Made by a program: the position numbers and the translations under genes
Shown: positions 17,606-26,362 of the stretch, piece after piece
Numbering within the stretch: position 1 is the stretch's first letter
Layout of the letters: every line of letters begins with the position of its first letter
The notes under the pieces: model-generated
Seen by the model: only the letters and a program-made list of their open reading frames with translations
What the model was told of the DNA's origin: nothing
Databases searched by the model: none
From: Candidatus Calditenuaceae archaeon HR02
GTDB taxonomy: Archaea; Thermoproteota; Nitrososphaeria_A; Caldarchaeales; Calditenuaceae
Direction of reading: 5' to 3'
Length of the DNA: 32,000 nt
NCBI GenBank assembly: GCA_002898395.1
Contig: BEHE01000006.1
Span: 1 to 32,000 of the forward strand

Positions 17606-18640
17606 TCACGACGCCTGGAGCAACCCAAGGTCGTTCTCGACGTTTGTTATCGGGCTGTAGACGAACATTGTACCATCGCTCGACCCTCCCCACAGGATTC
17701 CATAAAGGATCACATCAACCTCGGAAGTCGCGGGATCATCCTGCAGTCTAAAGACCGGCGACCCGCTATCACCTCCACCAACTATCTGCTGGCTAGCCGA
17801 GACTATGTCCTGGCAGAGCCTGACAACCTTGCTCCCTATAGGCCTCACGTCGGCGCAGGTGTTCGTCACGACGCCCTCAGTCTGCCCAGTCGTCCTCCCG
17901 ACCTTCCTCAACACCGTACCCAAGGCTGCATTCCCAACGTTCTCACCCAATATCCTAAAGTTACCAGTTATCGTCAGGGAGCCATCGTTCACGCCAGAAG
18001 TCATAGCGATGTATCCGATGATAGCCGATACTCCGTTAAATATTCGGGAGAAGGCAGCATCGCTCCATCTACACTTCAATCCTCTCAATCCGCAGTCGAA
18101 TGCCTGAGGGTCGAGGACCTCTATTCCAATCCCCTGAGGCGGAAGTGGCTGATAATGTGTTGTCCCATCTAACCCGAACTCCTTCCCCGTACAATGGGAA
18201 TTCGCCACAAACCCTTCATAATCAACAATGCCGTCTCTGTTCACATCTATCTTAGCATTAAATCCCAGAGTGCATACGTAGGTCAATCCCCTCTTCACGA
18301 AGGCTATCTGCAACCCTCCGACCAGAGGCCTAACCTTGTCCCTCAAAGTATCCAGCTCGAAGATCGGCGGCCTCTCGACTATCCTAACCAGCGAGATTGG
18401 AACCCCAAGTTCTCTCAACCTAACCTCAACCGATTCGGCAAGGCCTCTATTAGTTACACCTATCTCGAGGAGACCATCCTCCCTCGCATCGACATATAAG
18501 ACCCCATTTATCTCTAGGACCGGTCTAGCCTTTTCCTTCAGGTGTTCAGGCGGAACCGGATAGCTACCAGCGACGGCGAGACTAGAAAGAGCAAGGGTGA
18601 CAGCAAAGAACAAAGCCAGTAGCACGCGCATGACATTCAT
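17606..18640 (-). CDS. secreted chymotrypsin-fold serine protease (S1, alpha-lytic/streptogrisin-like) with signal peptide and pro-region
   Basis: The N-terminal signal is MNVMRVLLALFFAVTLALSSLAVA. Motifs include VCTLGFNA, a His block FVANSHCTG and a Ser block GGGDSGSPVF. Confidence 0.85.
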   Translation of the reverse strand: MNVMRVLLALFFAVTLALSSLAVAGSYPVPPEHLKEKARPVLEINGVLYVDAREDGLLEIGVTNRGLAESVEVRLRELGVPISLVRIVERPPIFELDTLRDKVRPLVGGLQIAFVKRGLTYVCTLGFNAKIDVNRDGIVDYEGFVANSHCTGKEFGLDGTTHYQPLPPQGIGIEVLDPQAFDCGLRGLKCRWSDAAFSRIFNGVSAIIGYIAMTSGVNDGSLTITGNFRILGENVGNAALGTVLRKVGRTTGQTEGVVTNTCADVRPIGSKVVRLCQDIVSASQQIVGGGDSGSPVFRLQDDPATSEVDVILYGILWGGSSDGTMFVYSPITNVENDLGLLQAS

Positions 18641-18681
18641 AGCAACTCATGCGGTATAAAAAGACTTCACCTAATACAATG

Positions 18682-18898
18682 GATAGTGTCTGGATAACGT
18701 GCTATATTTAAAGGCTGATTGTGATTGTAGTAGAATAGTCTCAGGTCGTTTCAGATGTATCGGTAAGCCCCGAGGTCAAGGCGTCTGGCGTCACAGAACT
18801 ACTGTAGAAGGCCTCGTGGATGTCAGTACAATCCCCTCTTTAACGGTATAGGACAGGTCGAGGAGGATTACTTATAAATGCGCTTATCCGGACACTAA
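18682..18898 (+). mobile_element. MITE family 1, copy 2 (217 bp) with 9-bp target-site duplication AATACAATG
   Basis: The TIRs are GATAGTGTCTGGATAACG ... CGCTTATCCGGACACTAA. The direct repeat AATACAATG is at 18673-18681 and 18899-18907. Confidence 0.85.
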
Positions 18899-19268
18899 AA
18901 TACAATGTGGCTGAAGTACTATACAACAACCAATAACCATTACAGCCCTAGACCCTAACGCACCATACCGGTTAAGCCGACACACCTCGACAAGAGATAG
19001 AGAAGACCACCTGCGGCAGAGTGTGGATGGCTTACATGTCCCTGTAGGTTTCTGAACTTATTAATGAAATACGACCTCGAGGTAACAGGTGCTCGCCTCT
19101 TCGGCCCTACTTTGGAGAGAACACGTGTGGTAACGCCGCAATCATCAACTCCCTGTAGGGGTAGAGTCTCACGTAAACGTTTGCCGATCTATAGTAGCTG
19201 GTGTTTGGTTGGAGGTAGTCATACACAGAAGCTCTGCTGCATGAGTATCTACCGCCACCCTATACCAT

Positions 19269-19604
19269 TCATGAAAAAATGTTAAGTTCATCCCTTATGA
19301 CAACACCCCTTCGCGTAGCCTCCTCCGCCATAGGCGTTTTTAGCTTTCTTTGTCTCTGAAAATCCTGTGGTGTTAACGGTATTATCTCTAGGCTTGGATA
19401 TCTTTTCAACACTTCTATGAGTTGTTCAAACCTGTTCAGAGGGTTTTTTGTGAATTTGGGTGATATCACTAAAAGGTCCACGTCACTCCACTGATTAAAG
19501 TCTCCCCTAGCGTACGAGCCTATGACAACAGCCGAGACAGGGCCTAAAATTTTTTCTATCAAGCCGACCGCCTGAACAGCCGATTCTATGGCCGCTTTTC
19601 TCAT
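19269..19604 (-). CDS. minimal nucleotidyltransferase (MNT), intact
   Basis: GSYARGDFNQWSDVDLLVIS is the catalytic block. The ATG at 19604 overlaps the HEPN stop as ATGA. The ORF track lists a longer version starting at 19646. Confidence 0.85.
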   Translation of the reverse strand: MRKAAIESAVQAVGLIEKILGPVSAVVIGSYARGDFNQWSDVDLLVISPKFTKNPLNRFEQLIEVLKRYPSLEIIPLTPQDFQRQRKLKTPMAEEATRRGVVIRDELNIFS

Positions 19605-20029
19605 AATCTTTCTTTCCTCAGCAACTCCCATTTCGACCTCACCCAAGCCAAAACGTTTTCAGCTCTCTTGATGGCCTCGACCGCCTCGTTTTCAGAAAAA
19701 TACTCCTCCGGCATGCCCGACTCCCAAACATCCGGATATCTTGTCGATGTATAGTATTTATCAAGTCTTAGGCAGTCCTCTTTAACTTTTTCATCACCGC
19801 CGACGATGCTTTCTAATGCCTCATACAGTTTTTTAAGGCTGTGACCATAGCGCGGATTGCCAGAACCCCAAAGTAATGCTTTCAATGCCTTTTCAGCTGC
19901 CTGATGGGACTTGAAGCATGCCCAGTTGTATTCTTCCCCCTTCAAGTCCTTGACAGCGGAGTTTAGAGTTATCTGCGCGCTCGCCATCCATCTACTGTAC
20001 TCATCTTCGTCCACGATTCTACGCCCCAC
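19601..20029 (-). CDS. HEPN domain protein, intact
   Basis: YNWACFKSHQAAEKALKALLW ... YGHSL ... YYTSTRYPD is a typical HEPN pattern. It lies upstream of and overlaps the MNT gene. Confidence 0.85.
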   Translation of the reverse strand: MGRRIVDEDEYSRWMASAQITLNSAVKDLKGEEYNWACFKSHQAAEKALKALLWGSGNPRYGHSLKKLYEALESIVGGDEKVKEDCLRLDKYYTSTRYPDVWESGMPEEYFSENEAVEAIKRAENVLAWVRSKWELLRKERL

Positions 20030-20276
20030 TTTACCCAGCCAAACCCGTTGATAAAGGTGCCTTGCGGCTTAACTCCTTGTTTATTTCCGTTGTTGAGACA
20101 TGTGCTATGCGTTTCCCCCAAGGGTTCTTAAAGCATTCGCATAAACATGCACCTAAACTCAGCAAGGGCCTATGACATAAGAGAACCACACAGCTAAGAA
20201 AGTGGAACATCCAATGAATCAAGCCACAAAGTCCGATGTTAAGAACCATACTCTCTCGTAAATAAGGCTGGAAGAC

Positions 20277-20651
20277 TCATGCAACATGTTTCAATACTTC
20301 CAAGCATGCTATTCTTGGCAGTTTCATGCCAAATGTTAGGAACTCGTCTAAGTCTTTGACTAAGGTTATCTGTATTGCGTCAGCCAAATATATTCCGTGT
20401 TTGAAAAATAGGCTGTAGACCGAATCAGGACGCTATAGGTTAGCGGTACTAACTTTAGTTGTCCGAGCCTTGTTAGGAGTCTAGTCTCGCCGATAAATTT
20501 CACGAAAACATTATTCACACCTGTGATTATCCCCTTTTTCTCGTATTTGTCGAAGAGATTGATAGAGTACATCTATTTTGCCGGTTCCATCTTCGAGTAT
20601 GTATCTCTTGACGATCGCACTAGTATCCAGATAGACTTTTCGAACGCTCAT
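20277..20651 (-). pseudogene. vapC: PIN-domain VapC toxin gene with at least two frameshifts
   Basis: Three consecutive parts of a PIN domain lie in three different frames: the N-terminus MSVRKVYLDTSAIVKRYILEDG, a middle part, and the C-terminus LADAIQITLVKDLDEFLTFGMKLPRIA. Confidence 0.7.
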
Positions 20652-20654
20652 CTC

Positions 20655-20903
20655 TCACCTCCATGACGACTTTCTCGGACCCGGGCCCTCTGGGCCTACC
20701 TGTCTCAACTTCGGCGCTCGTGTAGAATCTGCCTCCGATACTAGGCTTGTACAAAGCCCGTCTAGAAAAGGGGCCTCACCGTAAAGCGATAGGAATTCCT
20801 CAACCATGTTGCTGAGCCTGCGACCCTCCATAGCCAGTCTACTCCTTGCCCTTTTAACCACATCCGCCCTAATAGAGAGTGTCAATTTCACCGTTCCTGC
20901 CAT
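20655..20903 (-). CDS. vapB: VapB-like antitoxin (ribbon-helix-helix-like N-terminus)
   Basis: TVKLTLSIRADVVKRARSRLAMEGRRLSNMVEEFL is present, and the stop lies 3 nt before the vapC start. Confidence 0.6.
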   Translation of the reverse strand: MAGTVKLTLSIRADVVKRARSRLAMEGRRLSNMVEEFLSLYGEAPFLDGLCTSLVSEADSTRAPKLRQVGPEGPGPRKSSWR

Positions 20904-20914
20904 TCGATAATCAT

Positions 20915-20926
20915 ACGTATATACGT
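20915..20926. promoter_or_regulatory. 12-bp perfect palindrome ACGTATATACGT in the vapB promoter region
   Basis: It lies 12-23 nt upstream of the vapB start. It may act as both TATA element and autoregulatory operator. Confidence 0.35.
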
Positions 20927-21132
20927 GCAGAAGTAATATATAGATGGCAGCACCCTATCCGGGCTATCAAGCTTATTAAGCCTCATTCATCACATCTCAC
21001 GACTTGGTGCGTCTCTATGGCTCAAAGATGCTCCTCGAGAGCAGAAATTGAGGCGTATTTCTAATTTTACTATGCTACTCAACTTGAAGAGGTATACTAT
21101 CTCTGGAATACCAAGCTAAGGGCCTCAACCGC

Positions 21133-21722
21133 CTAGATCTCCTCCACCTTCATGGGTGTCAAGTCTCCACTCCACTTCATCACCCATACGTTCAACTCAT
21201 TGGCCCTCTCTATCACCTCGTGCATCCAGCTACCGAATCTGTATACTCTATGTTCTAGGTCTAGGCTCTTACATGCAGCCAAGTAATGACTCCCACCATC
21301 AGTATATACTTGGTGTCTCCCAAACCTCTTAACCAGCTCCCCTAGGAAATCCTCCACTACCAGCTGGTTTCTATCCAGGAGAGCCACATACCCAGTATCC
21401 TCCTGCTATAAAGAGCCAAGCACTAGAACCACCTATCCTAACCTCGGTATCGTCTATCAGGAATAGTGATACCCTACATCTAGATGCGTAGACATTCCTA
21501 AACCCCTTAAGCCTCTTCTCCCAAAGCCAGGCAGCAACATGACTCACCACGACGAAAGGCTCTAAAGCCTTAGCGACCTTCCTAAGACTGTTACCCAGAT
21601 ACCTGAGGTATAATGCATAGAGGGCGACAGGCACCGGAGTCCTAAGACCATCAAGAAAACCCATAAACAAAGAACAAGAAAACCAGGCCATAAACAAAAC
21701 AATAAAACCAACTTAACGGACC
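21133..21722 (-). mobile_element. IS6-family-like element remnant: one terminal repeat retained, transposase frameshifted and 3'-truncated
   Basis: The transposase pieces are 21371-21697 (HTH part, LIDDTEVRIGGSSAWLFIA) and 21133-21387 (LLDRNQLVVEDFL...VYTDGGSHYLAACKSLDLEH...IER). The terminal AACTTAACGGACC is at 21710-21722. No matching inverted end is found on the other side. Confidence 0.65.
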
Positions 21723-21772
21723 CCTTGAAACTATCAAAAACCTATATTACTGTAAGGGATATACCTTTAAGC

Positions 21773-22291
21773 ATGCTCGAGTGGATTTCCTTGTTCGTCC
21801 TCTTAGTGTTGGTTGTCATCCTGTTCTATCGCTATTCTATAATAAGGGCCAAATATTCTATATTAGTGGAGCAGGTTGAGGCGTTGCGGGGGCAGGTTGA
21901 GGCCAAAGCTCAACTTCTATTAAATGAGTGGAAGAAGAAGGAGGAAGATCGCCTAAGGGAGGATGCTATTAAAAGGTCAATGTACACAATTATTGGGAAA
22001 GTTGGAGAACACTTAGCTCCCATAATTATATTTTCAAAATATGGAATTAATCCAAAGGACTTCAGATTCATAGGGACGCCAGTAGACTTTATAGCATTCA
22101 AGGGTTTGTCCGAGGGAAGCCTCACAGAAATATACTTTTTCGAGGTAAAGAGTGGGGAAACAAAGGTTCTGACCGAGAGGGAGAGGCAGATAAAGGATGT
22201 AATCGAGTCTAAGAGGGTAAAATGGGAGCTAATACATCTGCCTTCAGAAATTGATAACTTAAAGGCAGAGCCTCAAAATCGTCAACAATAG
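21773..22291 (+). CDS. membrane-anchored endonuclease related to archaeal Holliday junction resolvase (COG4741-like)
   Basis: An N-terminal TM helix and a coiled coil are followed by a PD-(D/E)xK-like core, GTPVDFIAF ... IYFFEVKSG. TATA CCTATATTA lies about 25 nt before the ATG at 21773. The ORF track starts it at the TTG at 21725. Confidence 0.65.
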   Translation: MLEWISLFVLLVLVVILFYRYSIIRAKYSILVEQVEALRGQVEAKAQLLLNEWKKKEEDRLREDAIKRSMYTIIGKVGEHLAPIIIFSKYGINPKDFRFIGTPVDFIAFKGLSEGSLTEIYFFEVKSGETKVLTERERQIKDVIESKRVKWELIHLPSEIDNLKAEPQNRQQ

Positions 22292-22380
22292 ACTATAAAT
22301 CATAATAGCAGTGGATCAAATAATATCTCGGGAGACGAGGAATACTTGAGACGCCGCGCAAATCCATAATTTAACGGCAT

Positions 22381-22455
22381 TGGGCCCGGAGGGACTCGAA
22401 CCCTCGACCTCCGGCTCCGCAGGCCGGCGCCATATCCATGCTAGGCCACGGGCCC
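22381..22455 (-). tRNA. tRNA-Arg (anticodon GCG), no intron
   Basis: The reverse complement folds as GGGCCCG-TG-GCCTAGCATGGATATGGC-G-CCGGC-CTGCGGA-GCCGG-AGGTC-GAGGG-TTCGAGT-CCCTC-CGGGCCC-A. A TATA-like TAATATAT lies 22-29 nt upstream. Confidence 0.9.
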
Positions 22456-22529
22456 ATGTTTATGTTTTCTGTGCCCTAATATATGCTTGGATACGCCTGT
22501 GGCGCGGGGGTAATGGGTTATAGCTGGCC

Positions 22530-23303
22530 TTGAGTGGTTATTTGGCGGTTGGGGTGGGCTTGTCGCGAGCGTTAATTGAGGTGGCGGGGCTCTGGAAGAG
22601 TTTTGATGGCGTGCCCGCGGTCAGCGGTCTAAACATGGTTGTGAACGCAGGTACAATACATGGGCTTTTTGGACTCAACGGCGCGGGTAAGACGACAACG
22701 ATCAAGTGTATTGTGGGGCTCCTAAGGCCGGATAGTGGGGAGATATTTGTCGCGGGCCGCTCAGTCCTCACAGACACAACGTATAAGAGCCTTCTAGGGT
22801 ATCTCCCAGAAAACCCCGCCCTCCCCGAATACCTCACCACAGAGGAGTTTCTCGTCTTCAACGCTAGGTTAAAGGAGCTTAGAGAGGGGGAGTTGAAGAG
22901 GAGTGTCTCTGAGGCGGTGGAGCTGTTTGGCCTCGGGAGATATCTCGACAGGCTGATCTACGAGTTGTCGAAGGGTGTTAGGCAGAGGATAGCCTTCGCC
23001 GCAGCTATAATTAACTCTCCCCAGATCCTTATCTTGGACGAGCCGTTCAACGGGCTAGACCCCGAAGCCCAAAGCATAGCTAAGATGCTGATGAAGGAGA
23101 TTGCAAAGAGTGGAGGGGCAGTTCTTGTGAGCACCCACCTCCTAGACTCGATTGAGCGAATATGCGACAGGGCCACGATTATACACGAGGGGCGGGAGCT
23201 GGCTTCGGGAAGCCTGGAAGAGCTTAGAAGACTGGCAGGCCTAGAAGACCCTACACCCCTCGAAGACATATTCCTCAACATAGTCTCGAGGCGGCGGGCT
23301 TGA
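22530..23303 (+). CDS. ABC transporter ATP-binding protein
   Basis: Walker A GLNGAGKTT, signature LSKGVRQR and Walker B ILILDEP are present. The true start is probably the GTG at 22554 or the TTG at 22560. Confidence 0.9.
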   Translation: MSGYLAVGVGLSRALIEVAGLWKSFDGVPAVSGLNMVVNAGTIHGLFGLNGAGKTTTIKCIVGLLRPDSGEIFVAGRSVLTDTTYKSLLGYLPENPALPEYLTTEEFLVFNARLKELREGELKRSVSEAVELFGLGRYLDRLIYELSKGVRQRIAFAAAIINSPQILILDEPFNGLDPEAQSIAKMLMKEIAKSGGAVLVSTHLLDSIERICDRATIIHEGRELASGSLEELRRLAGLEDPTPLEDIFLNIVSRRRA

Positions 23304-24823
23304 TGGACCCTGCACTGCTACTCGTAATGGTCAAGATGAAACAATACTTGGGACAGCTCAGGCGCTCCCCCCGAAACCTCCTCGCACTGGCCGCGGTCTA
23401 TCTCTCCTGGCTCTTCATAATAGGCCTAGTCTCGCTCATGATACGGTTTACAGGAGTGCTCTCAGGCGCGGGTCCAAGAGACTTTCTAGGGGTTCTCTCC
23501 GAGGTTACAGTAACGGCTATACTTGCGGTCGGCATCTTCTTAGGGATTAAGGGCGGCATTACCGCGTTCCCATACGAGATAGACTATGTCCTCACATCTA
23601 GTGTGAGGCCGCGTATCTACTTGCTGGCTGACTTGGTCTTCCAGTTCTTCCTTCTCGGCTTCTTCATTATCCCGCCTACCAGTCTCATGCTGATTATACT
23701 AACCTTTCCCCTTCACCTAGACTATTTGGGGAGAGCCATCCCCCTCTACATCTCAACTATCCTCATGTCTATACTGCTCTCTCACGTGTTAGGGATTTCG
23801 CGGGGTAGGATTGGGGAGAGGCGTGTGAGGCTGATGGGCTGGTCCCTGATGGCGCTGGTGTTGGCGCCGCTTGTTCTGCTGGCTCTACGGGTTAAGCCTC
23901 CTGCGCTCCTCTCGCCTCATCCCGCGCTTCTCGTCTCATCAGCGATAGAGGCGCCCAGCGTGACCCTACTCTGGATACTCCCCTACCTAGCGCTTCTTAG
24001 CCTCACACATCTCTACCTCTCTAGGTCCAACTTCTACTCCTCAGTCTCACCCATACTCTTCTCAGTGCTGATGGAACCGCCTAGCAGGTTCTCGAGATAC
24101 TTTAAGATACCGGGTGTGGGCAGGGTCTTTAGGCTTGGGTCTGCGCGGAGCTACTTCTCGCTAATGTATAGGCTTCATCTCGTGAGAGTTGTTAGGGAGG
24201 GCAGCCTCTGGACTGGGATGATGGTGCTTCTGTTCCTAACGCTGGCGAATACCGCTCTTCCTAGGCTAGTGGGTGTCGCCCAGTTCCCCGAGGTGGCAGA
24301 GCTGACGATGATCGCTTTCTATATCCCGCTGCTCCCCGCCCTACTCTCGATAAACTGGAGCATATCTGAGAGGCGGAACACGTGGGTCATCAGCCTATCA
24401 CTGAGGGGTGAGAGATACTATGTCTCAGGCCTCTTCCTCGCATACTTCACGGTGACATTCCTCTTCTCACTGCTACTCTACGGATTGGTCTCCGTAGGAT
24501 CCAGCGAGGCGCCATTCCTCCTAGTCGACCTGGTTCTCTTGCTGGCCATGTCGTGCTTCGGCTCCACACTCTCAGTCCTCGTCTCACTAGTCATGAGGCT
24601 GGCCCCCTCACCCTTCTCCCTTGGCTCTCTACTCTACATCCTGATACCCCTCACAGGCTCAATCCTCCTCTCCCTCCCGATACTAGTGGTTAGGCTCTTC
24701 GAGCCGCTGGCCAGCTCGCCCACAGCCGCCCTCATGGCCAATATGGTGGCATACGTGGGGGTCTCTGCGGGGGTCTTATATAAGGTCCTCACGGCAGCAG
24801 GTGTGAAATATCTCGGAGGATAA
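23300..24823 (+). CDS. polytopic membrane protein, presumed permease partner of the ABC ATPase
   Basis: 507 aa with many hydrophobic helices. It has an ATGA overlap with the ATPase gene. I recognise no family motif. Confidence 0.65.
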   Translation: MMDPALLLVMVKMKQYLGQLRRSPRNLLALAAVYLSWLFIIGLVSLMIRFTGVLSGAGPRDFLGVLSEVTVTAILAVGIFLGIKGGITAFPYEIDYVLTSSVRPRIYLLADLVFQFFLLGFFIIPPTSLMLIILTFPLHLDYLGRAIPLYISTILMSILLSHVLGISRGRIGERRVRLMGWSLMALVLAPLVLLALRVKPPALLSPHPALLVSSAIEAPSVTLLWILPYLALLSLTHLYLSRSNFYSSVSPILFSVLMEPPSRFSRYFKIPGVGRVFRLGSARSYFSLMYRLHLVRVVREGSLWTGMMVLLFLTLANTALPRLVGVAQFPEVAELTMIAFYIPLLPALLSINWSISERRNTWVISLSLRGERYYVSGLFLAYFTVTFLFSLLLYGLVSVGSSEAPFLLVDLVLLLAMSCFGSTLSVLVSLVMRLAPSPFSLGSLLYILIPLTGSILLSLPILVVRLFEPLASSPTAALMANMVAYVGVSAGVLYKVLTAAGVKYLGG

Positions 24824-24863
24824 CCACACCGGGTCCTCAGAACTGATAAACTAATGAGGTGTA

Positions 24864-25148
24864 ATGACGAGTGGTATGAGGACCCTGACGGTGCGTATCT
24901 CTGATAGTCTAAGGAGAAGGATGAGGAGGCTTAAGGGAGTTAATTGGGGTGAGGTCGTTAGGGGCGAGATATTGGAGCGGGTCATGTTGGAGGAGCGATC
25001 ATCTGGCAAGGACTGGGATGCCGTGAGGCAGGCAGCTAGGATGGTCAACAATATCAGAAACTCTCTGAGAGAGATGTATGGTGAGTCAAGCTATGACAGC
25101 GTCGAGCTGATTAGAGGATGGAGAGAATCCAGGGCATGGAGAGGATAG
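24864..25148 (+). CDS. vapB: VapB-type antitoxin-like protein (RHH-like N-terminus)
   Basis: RTLTVRISDSLRRRMRRLKGVNWGEVVRGEI is typical of crenarchaeal PIN-associated antitoxins. Its 3' end overlaps a PIN start. The likely start is the ATG at 24876. Confidence 0.6.
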   Translation: MTSGMRTLTVRISDSLRRRMRRLKGVNWGEVVRGEILERVMLEERSSGKDWDAVRQAARMVNNIRNSLREMYGESSYDSVELIRGWRESRAWRG

Positions 25149-25307
25149 TAGTAGATACGTCGGTTATCCGTTAAGTGGTTTGCCTCGGAGAACTGGGGAA
25201 GGCTGGTCAAGAGGGCTTGGAAGAGAGCCTGCCTATCAAGAACCGCGAATTTGAGGCCTGCTATTCTTTGGGCTAGTCAATACAGCCTTAGAGGATGTCA
25301 TCCCTAG
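25136..25307 (+). pseudogene. vapC: PIN-domain (VapC) gene remnant
   Basis: MERIVVDTSVIR then a stop. A 1-nt shift restores VKWFASE. The downstream sequence is no longer recognisable as PIN. Confidence 0.5.
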
Positions 25308-25650
25308 AGAATTCCCGAGCTCGACCACTCTCCTGAGCTTTGTTAGCTAGAGATGACACATCAGGTCCACGACCCGGATGCTATGAGGCTGATTATTAAA
25401 GGCATGGCCTTGTCAGACTTATGAGAATTTAGAGAACATTCAGGTAGAAGAAGGAACGATAGTTGTTCTCGTAACACGAGCAGTAAGCTGCGTATCAAAA
25501 ATCTTAAGAGAAGAATATCAAAACACATCAGAGAGTCGTCATATTTAGTGAAAATATATTATGCTACATTTACATACTCTAAACGTATAGTAGGGGTCTG
25601 TATATTCTGTTATCTCCACGACTAGAGCCGTAAGGTTATCACCTCTCGCT

Positions 25651-26122
25651 TTACAGACCTATGAGAGTATCTACTGAGAACACTCCGCCCCCCCAGCGTT
25701 AGCGTCGCTATCGCTGCTGCTAGTATTACTGTGTCCAGCTCCCATCCGCCTACGCCAGACACGTAGCCTCGCATGAATCTCCTTGAGGCCTGCACCATCT
25801 GGGTCAGTATCTCAGGAGGAGGAACCATCTTGCCTATCTTAGTTATATAGAGCAGGGTGGTGCCTATCATCTCTAGGATGAAAAGTATAGAAACTATCCT
25901 AGTTAGGAAACCCGTAGAAAGAAGAGTCCACCTAAAAACTCTAGAATTGCGACCAAGTCAAATAATCCCGCTGGAACTCCTAGTTGTTTCATCCCCTCAC
26001 GCATCTGGGGTCTAGTGGGGCCTGCTAGCTTCGGCATCCCATGAATCATCATCAGAACTCCAACGGCTATGCGGAGGGCTAAAGTTGCAACATCAGTATA
26101 TGCGGCTAGGAAATCTAACCAT
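25651..26122 (-). pseudogene. DoxX-family membrane protein gene with three frameshifts
   Basis: The pieces lie in different frames. One shift falls in a C7 run at 25688-25694.
- ATG at 26122 preceded by AGGAG;
- LAAYTDVATLALRIAVGVLMMIHGMPKL...LGVPAGLFDLVAILEFLGGLFF;
- GFLTRIVSILFILEMIGTT...GGWELDTVILAAAIATLTLGG;
- FSVDTLIGL. Confidence 0.7.
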
Positions 26123-26362
26123 TCTCCTTTTAAGAAGGATAGAGAGATGATTCAGAGAGTTAATGGACAGGACCAAGGGGTTCTATAACAACGTGAATTC
26201 GAAGACGTTGAAGAGCTTGGAGGAGCTGATTAGGGCTATCGCCCTACTCCACACCCCTCTTAACGTTAAGTGAGAAGGAGGCGCGATACCGGTTGAGGAC
26301 GCCGATACCGACGAGGCGAAGGATTATATATTTTTAATTTTGAAGGAACAGATAGGCTGGTC

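Noticed and set aside
19064-19285. 73-aa ORF between the MITE and the MNT gene, and similar short ORFs at 1996-2253, 4303-4494 and 20031-20249
   Set aside because: They have no motifs and odd composition. They lie in regions that look like decayed intergenic DNA or overlap pseudogene fragments.
25164-25176. TCCGTTAAGTGG resembling the MITE family 2 terminal repeat
   Set aside because: It is only a ~10-nt match with no inverted partner. It is explained by the PIN coding sequence (V-I-V-K-W) with a 1-nt insertion.
26176-26289. 37-aa ORF MDRTKGFYNNVNSKTLKSLEELIRAIALLHTPLNVK as a transposase C-terminal relic
   Set aside because: It resembles the tail of some transposases only vaguely and is too short to support a call.
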